Below, piece by piece: positions 9,637 to 20,300 of a stretch of DNA of 44,736 nucleotides. The first letter of the stretch is position 1. Every line of letters begins with the position of its first letter. This DNA is from a virus (Duplodnaviria > Caudoviricetes), in the IMG/VR virus record IMGVR_UViG_3300036779_000059, positions 1 to 44,736 of that record. One strand, given 5' to 3'. Position numbers and translations under genes: made by a program. The notes below the pieces were generated by a model, which saw nothing but the letters and a program-made list of their open reading frames with translations, had not been told where the DNA came from and did not search any database.

Positions 9637-10232
9637 CATCTCCACAGTGGCTGCAAACGATCGCCAAGATCGCTCCGACCATTGCAGCTGCTGCCAGCGG
9701 ACCGTTTGGTGGGATCGTAGGTCCGCTTGTTTCGAAAGCGCTCGGGCTCGTTGTTCATACCGACGACCCTTCCCAGCCTGCGCTGAACCCAATAGATGCG
9801 CTTCAGCAAGCAGTGACCAACGGCACGCTGACGCCTGAGCAGATCATCGCGCTGAGACAGGCGGACATGGATTTTCAGAAGTATCTTTCGGATAACAAGT
9901 TGAAGATCGAGCAGTTGGTTGTGGAAGACGTTCAAAGTGCGCGAGGACGTGAAATAGCGGTACGCGATACAACGCCGCGTAATCTGGCTTACGCGATGAT
10001 CGGTGGATTTTTTACCGTGGTTGCTGCGCTTCTTGTTGGGCTCACTGTTTTTCCAGAGAGGACAGCTCTGTTTACTGGAGCGACGTGGGCGTTGATCGGT
10101 GCGTTGATAAATCAGTTGTACAACGAAGCGCGTAGTGCTACGAGCTACTATTTTGGCACGACGGCTGGTAACGAGGACTCGACGTCCAATACTGTGGTTT
10201 CGCAGCTGAGCAAAGCAACTAAGGGAGGGTGA
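9633..10232 (+). CDS. Putative holin (3TM/GTA-type holin-like)
   Basis: Follows lysozyme; IAPTIA...GP N-terminus, DVQSARGRE motif, two C-terminal TM helices, YYFG motif. Confidence 0.65.
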   Translation: MTSPQWLQTIAKIAPTIAAAASGPFGGIVGPLVSKALGLVVHTDDPSQPALNPIDALQQAVTNGTLTPEQIIALRQADMDFQKYLSDNKLKIEQLVVEDVQSARGREIAVRDTTPRNLAYAMIGGFFTVVAALLVGLTVFPERTALFTGATWALIGALINQLYNEARSATSYYFGTTAGNEDSTSNTVVSQLSKATKGG

Positions 10233-10233
10233 C

Positions 10234-10629
10234 ATGGCAGTCGGCGATGTAAAGATCATCTCGCATGAAAAAAAGATACTGACGTGGGCTGGTGCTGCCA
10301 GTATTTCAGCTCCGGCCAACAGCGATCCGATCGCCAAGACGTCGCCCATCATGACGTATCAGGTGATCGCTACGGCGGTCAGTGGCACCGTGTCTGTGAC
10401 AGCGCAGTGGCAGGTGACCAATGACGATACAACAGGAACGCCTGCTAACTGGCTGAGCTATGGAGCTGCGGTGTCGATTGCTGCAGGAACCAGTCCTGCT
10501 ACGACGGGGTTTCCGCTGGTTAATGCTGACACGCTTGCGATGGCGCCCTGGCGCTACGTGCGTTTGAGTGTGTCGGCATTGTCCGCCAGCGGCAGTGGTC
10601 CAACTCTGTACGCCATTGTAGGGTTCTGA
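10234..10629 (+). CDS. Hypothetical beta-sandwich virion protein
   Basis: GGAGG SD; WRYVRL motif. Confidence 0.65.
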   Translation: MAVGDVKIISHEKKILTWAGAASISAPANSDPIAKTSPIMTYQVIATAVSGTVSVTAQWQVTNDDTTGTPANWLSYGAAVSIAAGTSPATTGFPLVNADTLAMAPWRYVRLSVSALSASGSGPTLYAIVGF

Positions 10630-10630
10630 A

Positions 10631-12574
10631 ATGCCGTATCAGGAGCTTGGTTTCCAGCCCGGTGTGGATCTGGAGAACACGTCCCTGACGAATAAGGGGC
10701 GCTGGGTTGCATCCAACTGGGTGCGCTTTCGTTCTGGCAAGCCAGAGAAGGTCGGTGGGTGGACGTCGTACCTCATCGGTACGTACGTAGGCATTTGTCG
10801 ATTTCTCTTTAACTGGATCACGTTGGCAAACCAGAACTTCCTGGCGGTAGGGACCAATGAGAAGATATATATCGAGTACGGTCAAGGACTGTACGACATC
10901 ACGCCGATTCGACAGACTTTCAATGTATCGAACAACTTCAATTTCACCATCAGCAGCGCTGTTGTAAAAATCGCTATTACAGCGCACGGTTCACAGCTTG
11001 GTGATTGGGTGGACATCAGCGGAATGACCGGTGGTCCTTATGCAGGGATCACGGTTGCGCAGTTAAATACTGGATTCAAAACTATCGCCAATCCTGCAAC
11101 GGGGCTTCTTGACGCAAACAACGTGTTCATCACGGTGTCCAGCAACGCGACATCTACTGTGGCAAATACGGGCGGTACTAACGGTGTCACGGCTTTCGAG
11201 GTAAGCATTCAGCTTCCGATCGAACTGTCGCTGTCTGGTTGGGGCTCGCAAACTTGGGGTCAGAGCGCTTGGGGACAAGGCATTTCCAGTCAAGGTACAG
11301 GTGATATAGGACATTGGCGTGGCGATGCATTCGGCCAGGATCTGTTCTTCAATCAGAACAGGGGCGGCATCTATTACTGGCCTGCGACGTATTTCAATAC
11401 ATCGTCTCGGGCAATCGCGCTGTCGGCTTACAGCTCGGATCCAAACGTTCCTACGTCGGGCATTCAGGCGCTGGTGACGGACTATCGGCATGCAGTGGTA
11501 TTTGGTACGCAGCCATTGGGATCCGCTACGCTCGATCAAATGTATATCCGTTGGTCGGATCAGGAGAACATCAGCGGCCCATCGTCCTGGACGGCGCTGA
11601 TCACAAACCAAGCAGGTGGTTATCGGTTGACGGACGGCTCCGAGATCATGACGGCGCGCAAGACGCGGCAGGAGATCTTGATCTGGACCAACAGCGCGCT
11701 GTATTCGATGCAGTTTACGGGAGTGCCGTACACCTACGGTTTTTTTAAGGTCGGCAGCACGATCTCGTTGATGTCGCATTTCGCCATGGCTACGGTTGGC
11801 GGCGCTACGACGTTTTGGATGGGCATTGACAAGTTCTATGTGTACAACGGTACTGTAGCGCCGTTGCCGTGTGCACTGCGCAAGTACGTTTTCACCAACA
11901 TAAATTTGACGCAGACGCAACAAGTGTTTGCTTTTTCCAACGAACGCTTTAATGAAGTGTGGTGGGGCTACGTGTCGATCAGCAATTTGAACGGCGATTT
12001 CACGCCTGATTCGTATGTGAAGTACAACTACCTGGATAACGTGTGGGACTACGGTACGTTTTCACGCACCATGTGGTTGGACACACCGCTTCGAAACAAT
12101 CCAGTGGCGGCAGGCAAGCAGACGCTGTTCTATCAGGAATACGGTGTCGATGATTTGACGATTCCTGCAAGTCCTGTGGCGATCAACGCGTTCATTGAAT
12201 CTGCTGACATCGACATCATGCAAGGTGACAAGTTCGCTTTCATCAAGCGTATTGCCCCGGATGTGTCGTTTCTTGGTTCGACCGTAAGCAATCCGCAATG
12301 CAATCTGACACTTTCTGTACGTCGCTATCCTGGTGCGCCCTACGACGCATCCAGTGTCAATGAACTGAATGGTCACAACAATGCGGTTGCGGTGGCGTTG
12401 ACTTCAACCAATTTCCCTATCTCGACCACCGCTGTGGTCGAGCAGTACACGCAGGCACTCGATACACGCTTGCGCGGACGCTTCTTGAAACTGCGAGTTG
12501 ACAGCAACACGTTGGGGTCTCAGTGGCAGCTCGGCACGCCGCTGGCCGTCATTCAACCGGATGGGAAACGGTAA
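10631..12574 (+). CDS. Tail nozzle / DNA stabilisation protein (P22 gp10 / T7 gp12-like)
   Basis: RFRSGKPEKVGGW, IRWSDQEN, FNEVWW, RLRGR...PDGKR motifs; 647 aa; precedes ejection genes. Confidence 0.75.
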   Translation: MPYQELGFQPGVDLENTSLTNKGRWVASNWVRFRSGKPEKVGGWTSYLIGTYVGICRFLFNWITLANQNFLAVGTNEKIYIEYGQGLYDITPIRQTFNVSNNFNFTISSAVVKIAITAHGSQLGDWVDISGMTGGPYAGITVAQLNTGFKTIANPATGLLDANNVFITVSSNATSTVANTGGTNGVTAFEVSIQLPIELSLSGWGSQTWGQSAWGQGISSQGTGDIGHWRGDAFGQDLFFNQNRGGIYYWPATYFNTSSRAIALSAYSSDPNVPTSGIQALVTDYRHAVVFGTQPLGSATLDQMYIRWSDQENISGPSSWTALITNQAGGYRLTDGSEIMTARKTRQEILIWTNSALYSMQFTGVPYTYGFFKVGSTISLMSHFAMATVGGATTFWMGIDKFYVYNGTVAPLPCALRKYVFTNINLTQTQQVFAFSNERFNEVWWGYVSISNLNGDFTPDSYVKYNYLDNVWDYGTFSRTMWLDTPLRNNPVAAGKQTLFYQEYGVDDLTIPASPVAINAFIESADIDIMQGDKFAFIKRIAPDVSFLGSTVSNPQCNLTLSVRRYPGAPYDASSVNELNGHNNAVAVALTSTNFPISTTAVVEQYTQALDTRLRGRFLKLRVDSNTLGSQWQLGTPLAVIQPDGKR

Positions 12575-12874
12575 ATGGGTTTTCCAGTCGCTCCTCCCCG
12601 CCTGCCTGATCCGCCGCAGCAAATCACGCAGGAGTACATGCGGGAGTTCAAACGCGTTCTGGACGCGTACTTTTTTTCAGTGTTCAACTCTTACACTTTG
12701 AATGTTACGAGCGTTAACTTCGTAAATTTACCAGGATCTGGTTATGGCATTGGTCCTGGTGGCGTTTGGAACAACAACGGCGTGCTGTCCATCGTTACCA
12801 CACCCCCTTATCACTATCCTTCCGGCGCGCAAGGCACCACCGCTGTAGGGAAAGTAACCGTCGTCATTGTGTGA
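12575..12874 (+). CDS. Small tail-associated protein
   Basis: PPRLPDPP N-terminus; directly follows nozzle gene. Confidence 0.65.
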   Translation: MGFPVAPPRLPDPPQQITQEYMREFKRVLDAYFFSVFNSYTLNVTSVNFVNLPGSGYGIGPGGVWNNNGVLSIVTTPPYHYPSGAQGTTAVGKVTVVIV

Positions 12875-12881
12875 GGCTGTT

Positions 12882-14009
12882 ATGAGCATACTTGACTCAC
12901 TACTCCCGATTGTTGGCGGCATTGCAGGTGGCATGTTCGGTATGCCGTGGTTGGGTGCAGCAGTGAGCGGCGGTCTTACGGCGTTGCGAACACACAGCAT
13001 CGGTCAGGGGCTGCTCTCAGGTGTTGCATCGTGGGGGCTTGGCTCGCTGGTGGGTGGTGCGGGAGGTAGTACTCCAACTTCAGCTCCTGCAGGAACATCT
13101 TCTAATGTGCTCGGCAGCGCGGGTAGCGATGCTGTGACAGGCGCCGTATCTCCAATGGGCGAAGCACCGACAGCAGCAAGCTTGCAGGCAACTGGTGCGG
13201 TACAACCAACGGGTGGTGGTATCAGTTCTGTTATGGGTGCTGAATCAAGCAACCCATCCGCTTCCGGTTTTTTGCAGAGCGCGCAGAATAACGCGAACAA
13301 TTTCAGCTGGGACCAAGCGCAGAAAAATCTCACCAGCGGCGATTGGTGGAGTCAGCACGGTAAAATTCCTGGTATTGCTGCTGGTGCCGGTCTTTATGGC
13401 TTGAATGCGATGCAGGAACAGCAGGCGCTGGCTGATCAGGCCAACGCATTGAACGCATCGAGTGCGAACAAACTAAAACAGCAACACGATCAGTATCTGG
13501 CTGCTGCTAACCAAGCGTATGCGGTGAATCCGTACAACTCGTTCTACCAGCCCGGCTCACCTTACATGGTTGCAACCGGTGGTCTCATCGGTGATGCGGG
13601 GTTGTACAACTTGCGTCGGCACATGCTGCCTGAGATGGTACGTCCACCGCATGCTGGTACGCGCATGAGCAGCGTGTACGAAGGCAGCCACGGATTCTCC
13701 ACAGGCGAGCTGGTGGGCGACAACGGGCGCTGGGAACCGCAGGAAGCGCACGGCATCGAGGGCCTTCTGAAAGGCTCTGGTGATGGCATGTCCGATCATA
13801 TCCAGGCACATATCGAGGGGCATACTCCGGCGCGGTTGTCGAACGACGAATTTGTAATCCCAGCCGACGTCGTTTCACATCTAGGTAACGGCAGCACGTC
13901 GGCAGGTGCCAAGCATCTGTACGGAATGATGGAGCGTGTGCGCAAGGCGCGCACAGGTAACCCCAAGCAAGGTCGACCGATTGACGTGGAAGAGCACCTG
14001 CCTGCATGA
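12882..14009 (+). CDS. Internal virion / ejection protein
   Basis: Gly-rich hydrophobic N-terminus; C-terminal GSGDGMSDHI...ARLSNDEFVIPADVV module. Confidence 0.7.
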   Translation: MSILDSLLPIVGGIAGGMFGMPWLGAAVSGGLTALRTHSIGQGLLSGVASWGLGSLVGGAGGSTPTSAPAGTSSNVLGSAGSDAVTGAVSPMGEAPTAASLQATGAVQPTGGGISSVMGAESSNPSASGFLQSAQNNANNFSWDQAQKNLTSGDWWSQHGKIPGIAAGAGLYGLNAMQEQQALADQANALNASSANKLKQQHDQYLAAANQAYAVNPYNSFYQPGSPYMVATGGLIGDAGLYNLRRHMLPEMVRPPHAGTRMSSVYEGSHGFSTGELVGDNGRWEPQEAHGIEGLLKGSGDGMSDHIQAHIEGHTPARLSNDEFVIPADVVSHLGNGSTSAGAKHLYGMMERVRKARTGNPKQGRPIDVEEHLPA

Positions 14010-14437
14010 ACATCACCATGGTCCCATCGGGGCACATCGTGAACGTTTTGGATTCGGTAATTCCACACCTTCACAGACTGGCGCCGAGAACGAATGGACG
14101 CAGCACAGTAGACGACATCCTTCAGGGGATTCTGTCCGGAGCCAACGTGCTCTGGTTGGCTTTCGAGGAAACGGAAGACAACCACATCTACGGGGTCGTC
14201 ATCACGAACTTGATGAACTACCCGCGCATCCGCTCGTTGAACATCTTTTACTGTGCTGGACACAAGCTGCGGTTGTGGCAGGACATGATGATGGACGTGC
14301 TTAAACGCTACGCCAAAGACAACAACTGTACAAAGATCGAGCTGACGGGCCGACGTGGCTGGCTGCGTGCGTTGAAGTCGTGGAATGTGACGGAAGAGTA
14401 CGTGGTTTGCGAGATTGAACTGGGAGAGCAGCAATGA
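14006..14437 (+). CDS. GNAT-like acetyltransferase (T7 gp13-like position)
   Basis: CTKIELTGRRGWLRAL acetyl-CoA-binding-like motif; sits between ejection genes. Confidence 0.6.
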   Translation: MNITMVPSGHIVNVLDSVIPHLHRLAPRTNGRSTVDDILQGILSGANVLWLAFEETEDNHIYGVVITNLMNYPRIRSLNIFYCAGHKLRLWQDMMMDVLKRYAKDNNCTKIELTGRRGWLRALKSWNVTEEYVVCEIELGEQQ

Positions 14438-15879
14438 GCAAGGGCGGTGGCGGGCAAGCACCAACCAGCAGTACGGTAACCCAGACCAATTTACCTGACT
14501 ATGCTGCTCCCTATTTCCAACAGCTGATGGGCCAGGGGCTTGCACAGAGCGCGGTCCCGTATCAGCAGTACCAAGGGCAGCAGGTTGCCAACACGAGCCC
14601 ATTCCAGCAGGCAGCGCAAGGGGCTCTAGCCAACATGCAAGCGGTGCCGCAGGCGGCAAACACCTCCGGGCAGATCGACACCAACATCGCCAATCAAGCA
14701 GCGGGATGGAACCCGCAGTTCAGCGTCAACCAGATCAATCCACAGCAGGTAAGTGCTAATCAGGTGAACTTGCAGGGATACAACCCATTCACAGGCGTGA
14801 ATCCGAACCAGACGTCTGTACAGAACTGGACATCGCCAGGCACCGCTGCGCAGTACATGTCGCCGTATACGCAGAATGTGATGCAGACGCAGCAAGCGCT
14901 GATGGCCCAGCAGCAAGCGCAGAACCTGAATCAAATCAATACCGGCGCGGCTCAGGCCGGGGCTTATGGTGGAGACCGGCAGGCGGTTGCGGACCAGCTC
15001 TCTCAGAGCCAGTACGCCCAGAATCTTGCCGCTATGCAAGCCGGTGCGCTGCAAAACGCATACGGGCAAGGGCAAAACACGTTCCTGCAGTCGCAAGGCC
15101 AGGGTCTGCAGTCACAGATGGCCAACCAGCAGGCGGGGCTGCAAGGCCAGCTCGCCAATCAGCAGGCGTACAACACAGCGGCCCAGTACGGCGCCGGGCT
15201 CGGCGCGCAGGGTCAGCTGGCCAACCAGCAGTACGGTTTGCAGGGCCAGCTCGCCAACCAGAGCACGAATCTGCAGGGCCAGAGCCTGAACAACCAGTAC
15301 GGTCTCCAGGGACAGGGGCTGGCAGCGCAGTACGGTCTCGCAGGGATGCAAACAGGGCTGCAGTCCGCTAACCAGCTCGGCCAGCTCGCGCCGTCGCAAC
15401 AGCAGATGGGGCTGAACTGGATTAACGCCATGAATCAGGTGGGCGGCACGCAGCAGCAACAGCAGCAGAACCTTCTGAATCAGGCGTACAACAACTACGG
15501 TCTCGGCCAGAATTGGGGCTGGCAGCAGCTCGGCAACATGGGCAACCTGCTGCACGGTGTGCCGGTGACGCCCAGCTACACGCAAACGAACCTTACCGCT
15601 GCGCCGTCGACCACTGGCATGCTGTCCGGTCTCGGGACACTGGCGACTGGGCTCGCTTCGGGTTCGCCTAGCGATCGGCGCTTGAAGAAGGCGATCCGCA
15701 AGGTGCGTGAGGTGGTGCCGGGAGTTCACCTCTACGTTTTCCAGTATCGGTGGGAGAAAGTGGATCGATTGGGCTACATGTCCGACGAGATCCGTCAGGT
15801 ATTCCCCGAGGCGGTTGTGCCAGGGCCGATGGGCTACGACGCGGTGCGCTACGACATGCTGCCGCCTGTAGGAGTGTGA
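14434..15879 (+). CDS. Gln-rich ejection protein with C-terminal peptidase S74 / intramolecular chaperone domain
   Basis: GLQGQLANQQ 11-aa repeats; SDRRLKKAI...YVFQY...GYMSDEI...PEAV...VRYDML tail. Confidence 0.75.
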   Translation: MSKGGGGQAPTSSTVTQTNLPDYAAPYFQQLMGQGLAQSAVPYQQYQGQQVANTSPFQQAAQGALANMQAVPQAANTSGQIDTNIANQAAGWNPQFSVNQINPQQVSANQVNLQGYNPFTGVNPNQTSVQNWTSPGTAAQYMSPYTQNVMQTQQALMAQQQAQNLNQINTGAAQAGAYGGDRQAVADQLSQSQYAQNLAAMQAGALQNAYGQGQNTFLQSQGQGLQSQMANQQAGLQGQLANQQAYNTAAQYGAGLGAQGQLANQQYGLQGQLANQSTNLQGQSLNNQYGLQGQGLAAQYGLAGMQTGLQSANQLGQLAPSQQQMGLNWINAMNQVGGTQQQQQQNLLNQAYNNYGLGQNWGWQQLGNMGNLLHGVPVTPSYTQTNLTAAPSTTGMLSGLGTLATGLASGSPSDRRLKKAIRKVREVVPGVHLYVFQYRWEKVDRLGYMSDEIRQVFPEAVVPGPMGYDAVRYDMLPPVGV

Positions 15880-15880
15880 C

Positions 15881-17377
15881 ATGTCACTATCTCTGTCCCC
15901 GAACTCTCCGCCGCCAGTCCCGGTTGGGCCAGGGCAGGCCATGGCGATGGTCAAGCAGCTCCAGGACCAGCAGCTTATCCAGCTCGTGCAGGACAGGACC
16001 AACCCGTCGTTGCAGATGGCCGCGATGGGCGAGCTGCAGTCCAGGCACCAAATGCGCTCGGCGTCCCAGGCGCAGGGAGCCCAGCAACAACAGCAGCAAC
16101 AGGCTGCCCAGACCGCTCAGCAAGCGCAGCAGGGCACTCAGCGTGTGCTGGCCCAGCAGCAGGCGGACAAGCTCGGGGGCGGCATAGGGCAGCTTCCGGC
16201 GCCCAATATGGCTCAGATGGCGGGCGGCGGCATCGTGGCGTTCGATGATGGAGGCTCTACCGCTACGCCCCAAGGTGCGTGGTCGCAGGCCGATTACTCG
16301 ACGTACATGCCGACTACGCCGGACACGGTGCAGAGCCCGTGGGCGGTGCTTAAAGACTGGTTCAGCTCAGCAGGACAGACACCGTTGACCGTGCATCCAG
16401 GGATGAGCAAGGCAGGCCCTATCCGGCCAGGGCAGGCGAGCGGGCCGCCGCCCAACCCTCCAGGCTGGGACAACCCGGCAAACTGGACAGGCGGCGGTAC
16501 GCGATTCAATCCGCAGGCGGCGCAAACGGCACCGGGAGAAGTTCTCGATGCAGCGGGCAACCGGCTGAGCGATCGGCCTGCCGCGTTCAGAGCAGCGATG
16601 GCTGCCCAGCACACTGCGCCTGCATCGTCACCTACGCCTGCAGCTTCGCCTGACCAGGGGCCGCAGCAGCCGGACGACATGGCCGGGTTCGCTGCCTGGA
16701 TGCGTCCGCTATCGGACCATTTCGGTACGCCCGACCCGGCAACCGACACGCTGGCCAAGAAGATGGCTGCGTTAGAGGCGAACAAGCGAGCGAATCAAGG
16801 ACTGTCGTTGCTACACGCGGGCGCTGCAATGCTGCAGAACACGTCGCCATTCGCAGCCGTAGCACTGGGTAAGGGCGTCGACGCCTATGCTACTAGCAAG
16901 GAGGCAGGGCAGGCGGCAGAGCAAGCGGGTCTCGCGCAGATCGCTGGGCAGCAGGGCGAGCAGTACAAAACACAGATGGCGTACGCAGGCACGACGGACG
17001 CGGCCAAAGCGCATATCTACGGTCTTAACTACATGCAGTACATGACAAAGGGACTGCAGTTTGATCAGAATGCGCAACAAGCACGTGCAAATGTGTTCAC
17101 TAAAGCATTTGAAGAGATTACAAGCAAGGATATGACGTTGCAAACACCAGCGACAACACCTGAGCTGGTCATGCAAAGAAATCTTGCGTGGAAAAACGCA
17201 GCTGAACAAGCAGCTGGTATCGCTAATAGATGGCTTGAACAAGCTGGATACGCACATCGCGGTTCGCTGGGCGGTGCTGGAGGGCCGACATCGCAAGGCA
17301 GTTTCCAGCACGGTACGGGTGCGCCGCCGCAGGCGCCGATTAATCCAGGAGCAGGTCCACCGCAGATGGGTCAGTAA
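15881..17377 (+). CDS. Internal virion / ejection protein
   Basis: GGAG SD; Q/A/P-rich; MAGGGIVAFDDGG motif. Confidence 0.7.
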   Translation: MSLSLSPNSPPPVPVGPGQAMAMVKQLQDQQLIQLVQDRTNPSLQMAAMGELQSRHQMRSASQAQGAQQQQQQQAAQTAQQAQQGTQRVLAQQQADKLGGGIGQLPAPNMAQMAGGGIVAFDDGGSTATPQGAWSQADYSTYMPTTPDTVQSPWAVLKDWFSSAGQTPLTVHPGMSKAGPIRPGQASGPPPNPPGWDNPANWTGGGTRFNPQAAQTAPGEVLDAAGNRLSDRPAAFRAAMAAQHTAPASSPTPAASPDQGPQQPDDMAGFAAWMRPLSDHFGTPDPATDTLAKKMAALEANKRANQGLSLLHAGAAMLQNTSPFAAVALGKGVDAYATSKEAGQAAEQAGLAQIAGQQGEQYKTQMAYAGTTDAAKAHIYGLNYMQYMTKGLQFDQNAQQARANVFTKAFEEITSKDMTLQTPATTPELVMQRNLAWKNAAEQAAGIANRWLEQAGYAHRGSLGGAGGPTSQGSFQHGTGAPPQAPINPGAGPPQMGQ

Positions 17378-20300
17378 ATGCCGAACTGGCTTGACGATCC
17401 GCAAAACGCGGCGCGCTTTCAGCAGCGGGCGCAGGACTACGGGCTGCCACCGGATTTTGCAACGCGCATTTTGCAGACAGAGAGTGGCGGCAATCCGGCC
17501 GCTGTTTCGCCCGCTGGTGCGCAAGGATTGATGCAGCTTATGCCCGCTACCGCGCGAGCATACGGCGTACAGGATGCAACTAACCCGGATCAGAATTTCG
17601 AGGGTGGGCTGCACGCGCTGAGCGATTGGTATCGGCGCTCGGGCGGTAATGAAGCCGCAGCCGCAGCAGGCTACAACGGCGGTACAGCGGCGTTCAAAGC
17701 TGCACAAGCTGGTCATTATGACCAGATGCCGAAGGAAACACAGAACTACGTGCAGAGAACTGCATACGAGCTACCACAAGCGCAGCAAGCTCCACAGCGG
17801 GCTTCACAACAAGAACAAGGTGCGGGGGCGTATTTCCAAATGCCCAGCGGCAAGTATTACCAGTACAGCCCGCAACAGATGGGGCCTGCAGAAGCCGAGT
17901 ACGTGGCGATGTTGCAGTATCCAAAAGAGTTCCAGCCTCCGCAACCGCCTCCCGAGCTGTCGACATTCGGTGCGTTGAAGAAAGGCGTCGTGGGTCTTGC
18001 CGAGTCCACCATGACCGGCGTCGAGTCGATATGGAGCCCGGAGAAGGCCGCGCAGGACACGCTGGACAATGCGAAAGAACTGGACGAGAAATACGGTGTC
18101 GATGCGAGCTGGGGAGAGATTGGCAATATCTATCGGCAAAAAGGGTTGATGGCGGCAACGGCGTTCGGTGTACAGAAAGGCATTCTGCATCCCATAGCCG
18201 AGAACACACCCATGCTCGCCGCAGCCATGGCTGGCGCAGCAGCAGGCAGCGCGATTCCAGGCTTGGGCACGGCCATTGGCGGCGCCATCGGTGCTGGCTT
18301 GGTTTTAGCGCCGTCCATGCTTAGCGGCAACATCGCAGCGCAAGCAGCAAAACAACAGCAGGAGAATCCCGATCAGCCGTTAAACATCGCCATGGGTCCG
18401 GCACTGGCTGCGACCGTAGCTCAGTCCGTGGTGAACGTCGGCGCATTGAGATTCATGGGCGCCAAATTCCTCGCACCGTTTTTGAAGTTGGGTGAGCAGG
18501 AAGGCGCGCAGGTAGCTGAAGCAGCGTTGTTGAAAGAAGCCAACGCAGCGGTCAACAAGACAACTTTGGCAGCGATGGGCCAAGGTGCAGCAATCATGCC
18601 AGCCGACATGGTGATGCAGACAGTGTTGAACCGCTGGCAAGCCGGTCAGGAACTGCTAAGCCCTGACGCCATGAGCGAGTACGGTCAGACAGCGGCGGGC
18701 GCCCTGGCGGTCGGCGCTGTGTTCGGTGGCTTGATGCATTTCGGTACGCAAGAGCACGCGCAAGCGTATCTGGACGCGTACGACGAGCGTCAGAAGCAGC
18801 AAGCGTGGGAGCATCAGCAACAACAGCAACAACAGGAGCTGGCCAAGCTTGGACCAGTGACACCTGAGGAAGAGATGCAGCAGCGTGCTGCGATAGCGGC
18901 GCGGCAGGCAACCGACGTACCGGGTAGAGATATTGCGCAGGCACGTCAAGAACTTCAACAAGCTCAGATGTACCCACGGGGGCCGCAATCGCCGTGGTCT
19001 CCCGAGATCAGCGCGCAGATGGCTCCAGAACGAGCACGCAAGCCCTGGTTGTCCACGCCGGAGCTGGACAACGCGCAGACACCTGCGGTAACTACGGACA
19101 TGGCGCGCAACGCGCTGACGTATCCGGGATACATGGACACGTTGTCAGCTAAGCAGCAGCAGGCGGTGCAGGCGGTTCACCGCATGTGGGACGCGCAGGC
19201 TGTAGAGGCGCAGCAGAAAGCCGTGGCGGCCGAGTATGCGGAGCGCACCGCGTTGCTGCGTCAACAGCAGATAGGCCCCGAGGCGACGCCCGAGCCCGGC
19301 ACCGAGGCGCTGCTGGGCCGTGATGAAGCGCTCGACCAAGCGCATCAACAGCTGCACGCACAGCGTGTGGAGAGCTTACAGCCTGCCGAGGGCCTGACGG
19401 ATTTTCAACGCCGAGGCATCATCAACGTAGCGAAGGAACGCCAGGAGGATCTGTACTCGCAGATCTCAGGTTTGGCCGACAAGATGGCGGAGCTGCGGCA
19501 GTTGTCCACAGCGGAGAATGCCACGCCCGAGGATGGCGAAAACTACATGAACGCCCGCTTGCAAGCGGATCAGCTGAAGCAGGACTATCTGCACATGATG
19601 GAGCGGGAAGCGGTCGAGCGCCGGGCTCACATGGGCCTGGACCCGTTGAGCCCGGACGACGCCAATTTCTATCGTGAGCGTGCGTCGAAGTTGTTGGACG
19701 GCGTGATCGAAGCAGGCGGGCCACCGCCCTCGGCGCCGCGTGTGCGTACAGCGATCGAGAGCGAAGATCTTCCCAGGCAGCTGAACACGATACGGCAGGA
19801 TGCCATCGCGCCGACCGATGAGGAGCGCGCCAAATGGGAGCAGGTGCAAGCGCATGAGGACGAGGCGGCGAAGCCGCAGATGCCAGCTCCTGCACAAGGC
19901 ACGCTGTTCGAGGAGCCGCAAGGACCCGTACAGCGCGATGCACGACTGCAGGCGCAGCGCGAGATGGAGAGCTTGCTGCAGGCTCCGGAGCCTCAGAAGC
20001 AAGTGCCGGTCAAGGTAAAGGGACTGCAGGAACTGAAAGGCGCGGTTCAACAAGCCAAAGCCCAGCAACCCAAAGTGCCATTTACCGCGCGCTCGGTGAT
20101 GCGCGACACCGCTGATTTCCTGGCGCAGGAGCGCGGGTCACCGGAGCTGATCAGTGCCGCGCACGCCCTGGCAACCGACGTCCGGGAAGGACGCGGCTAC
20201 ACGCCCGAGGCGGTAGGAGCGCTACGGAGCCAGCTTGCCACCGAGCGCCGAGCGCAGGGCACCGCAGGCTATCAGCCCGAGCTGCGCGGGTTTGGGAAGA

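Noticed and set aside
8532-10232. Rz/Rz1 spanin pair in the lysis cassette
   Set aside because: No convincing lipobox or nested lipoprotein ORF was found.
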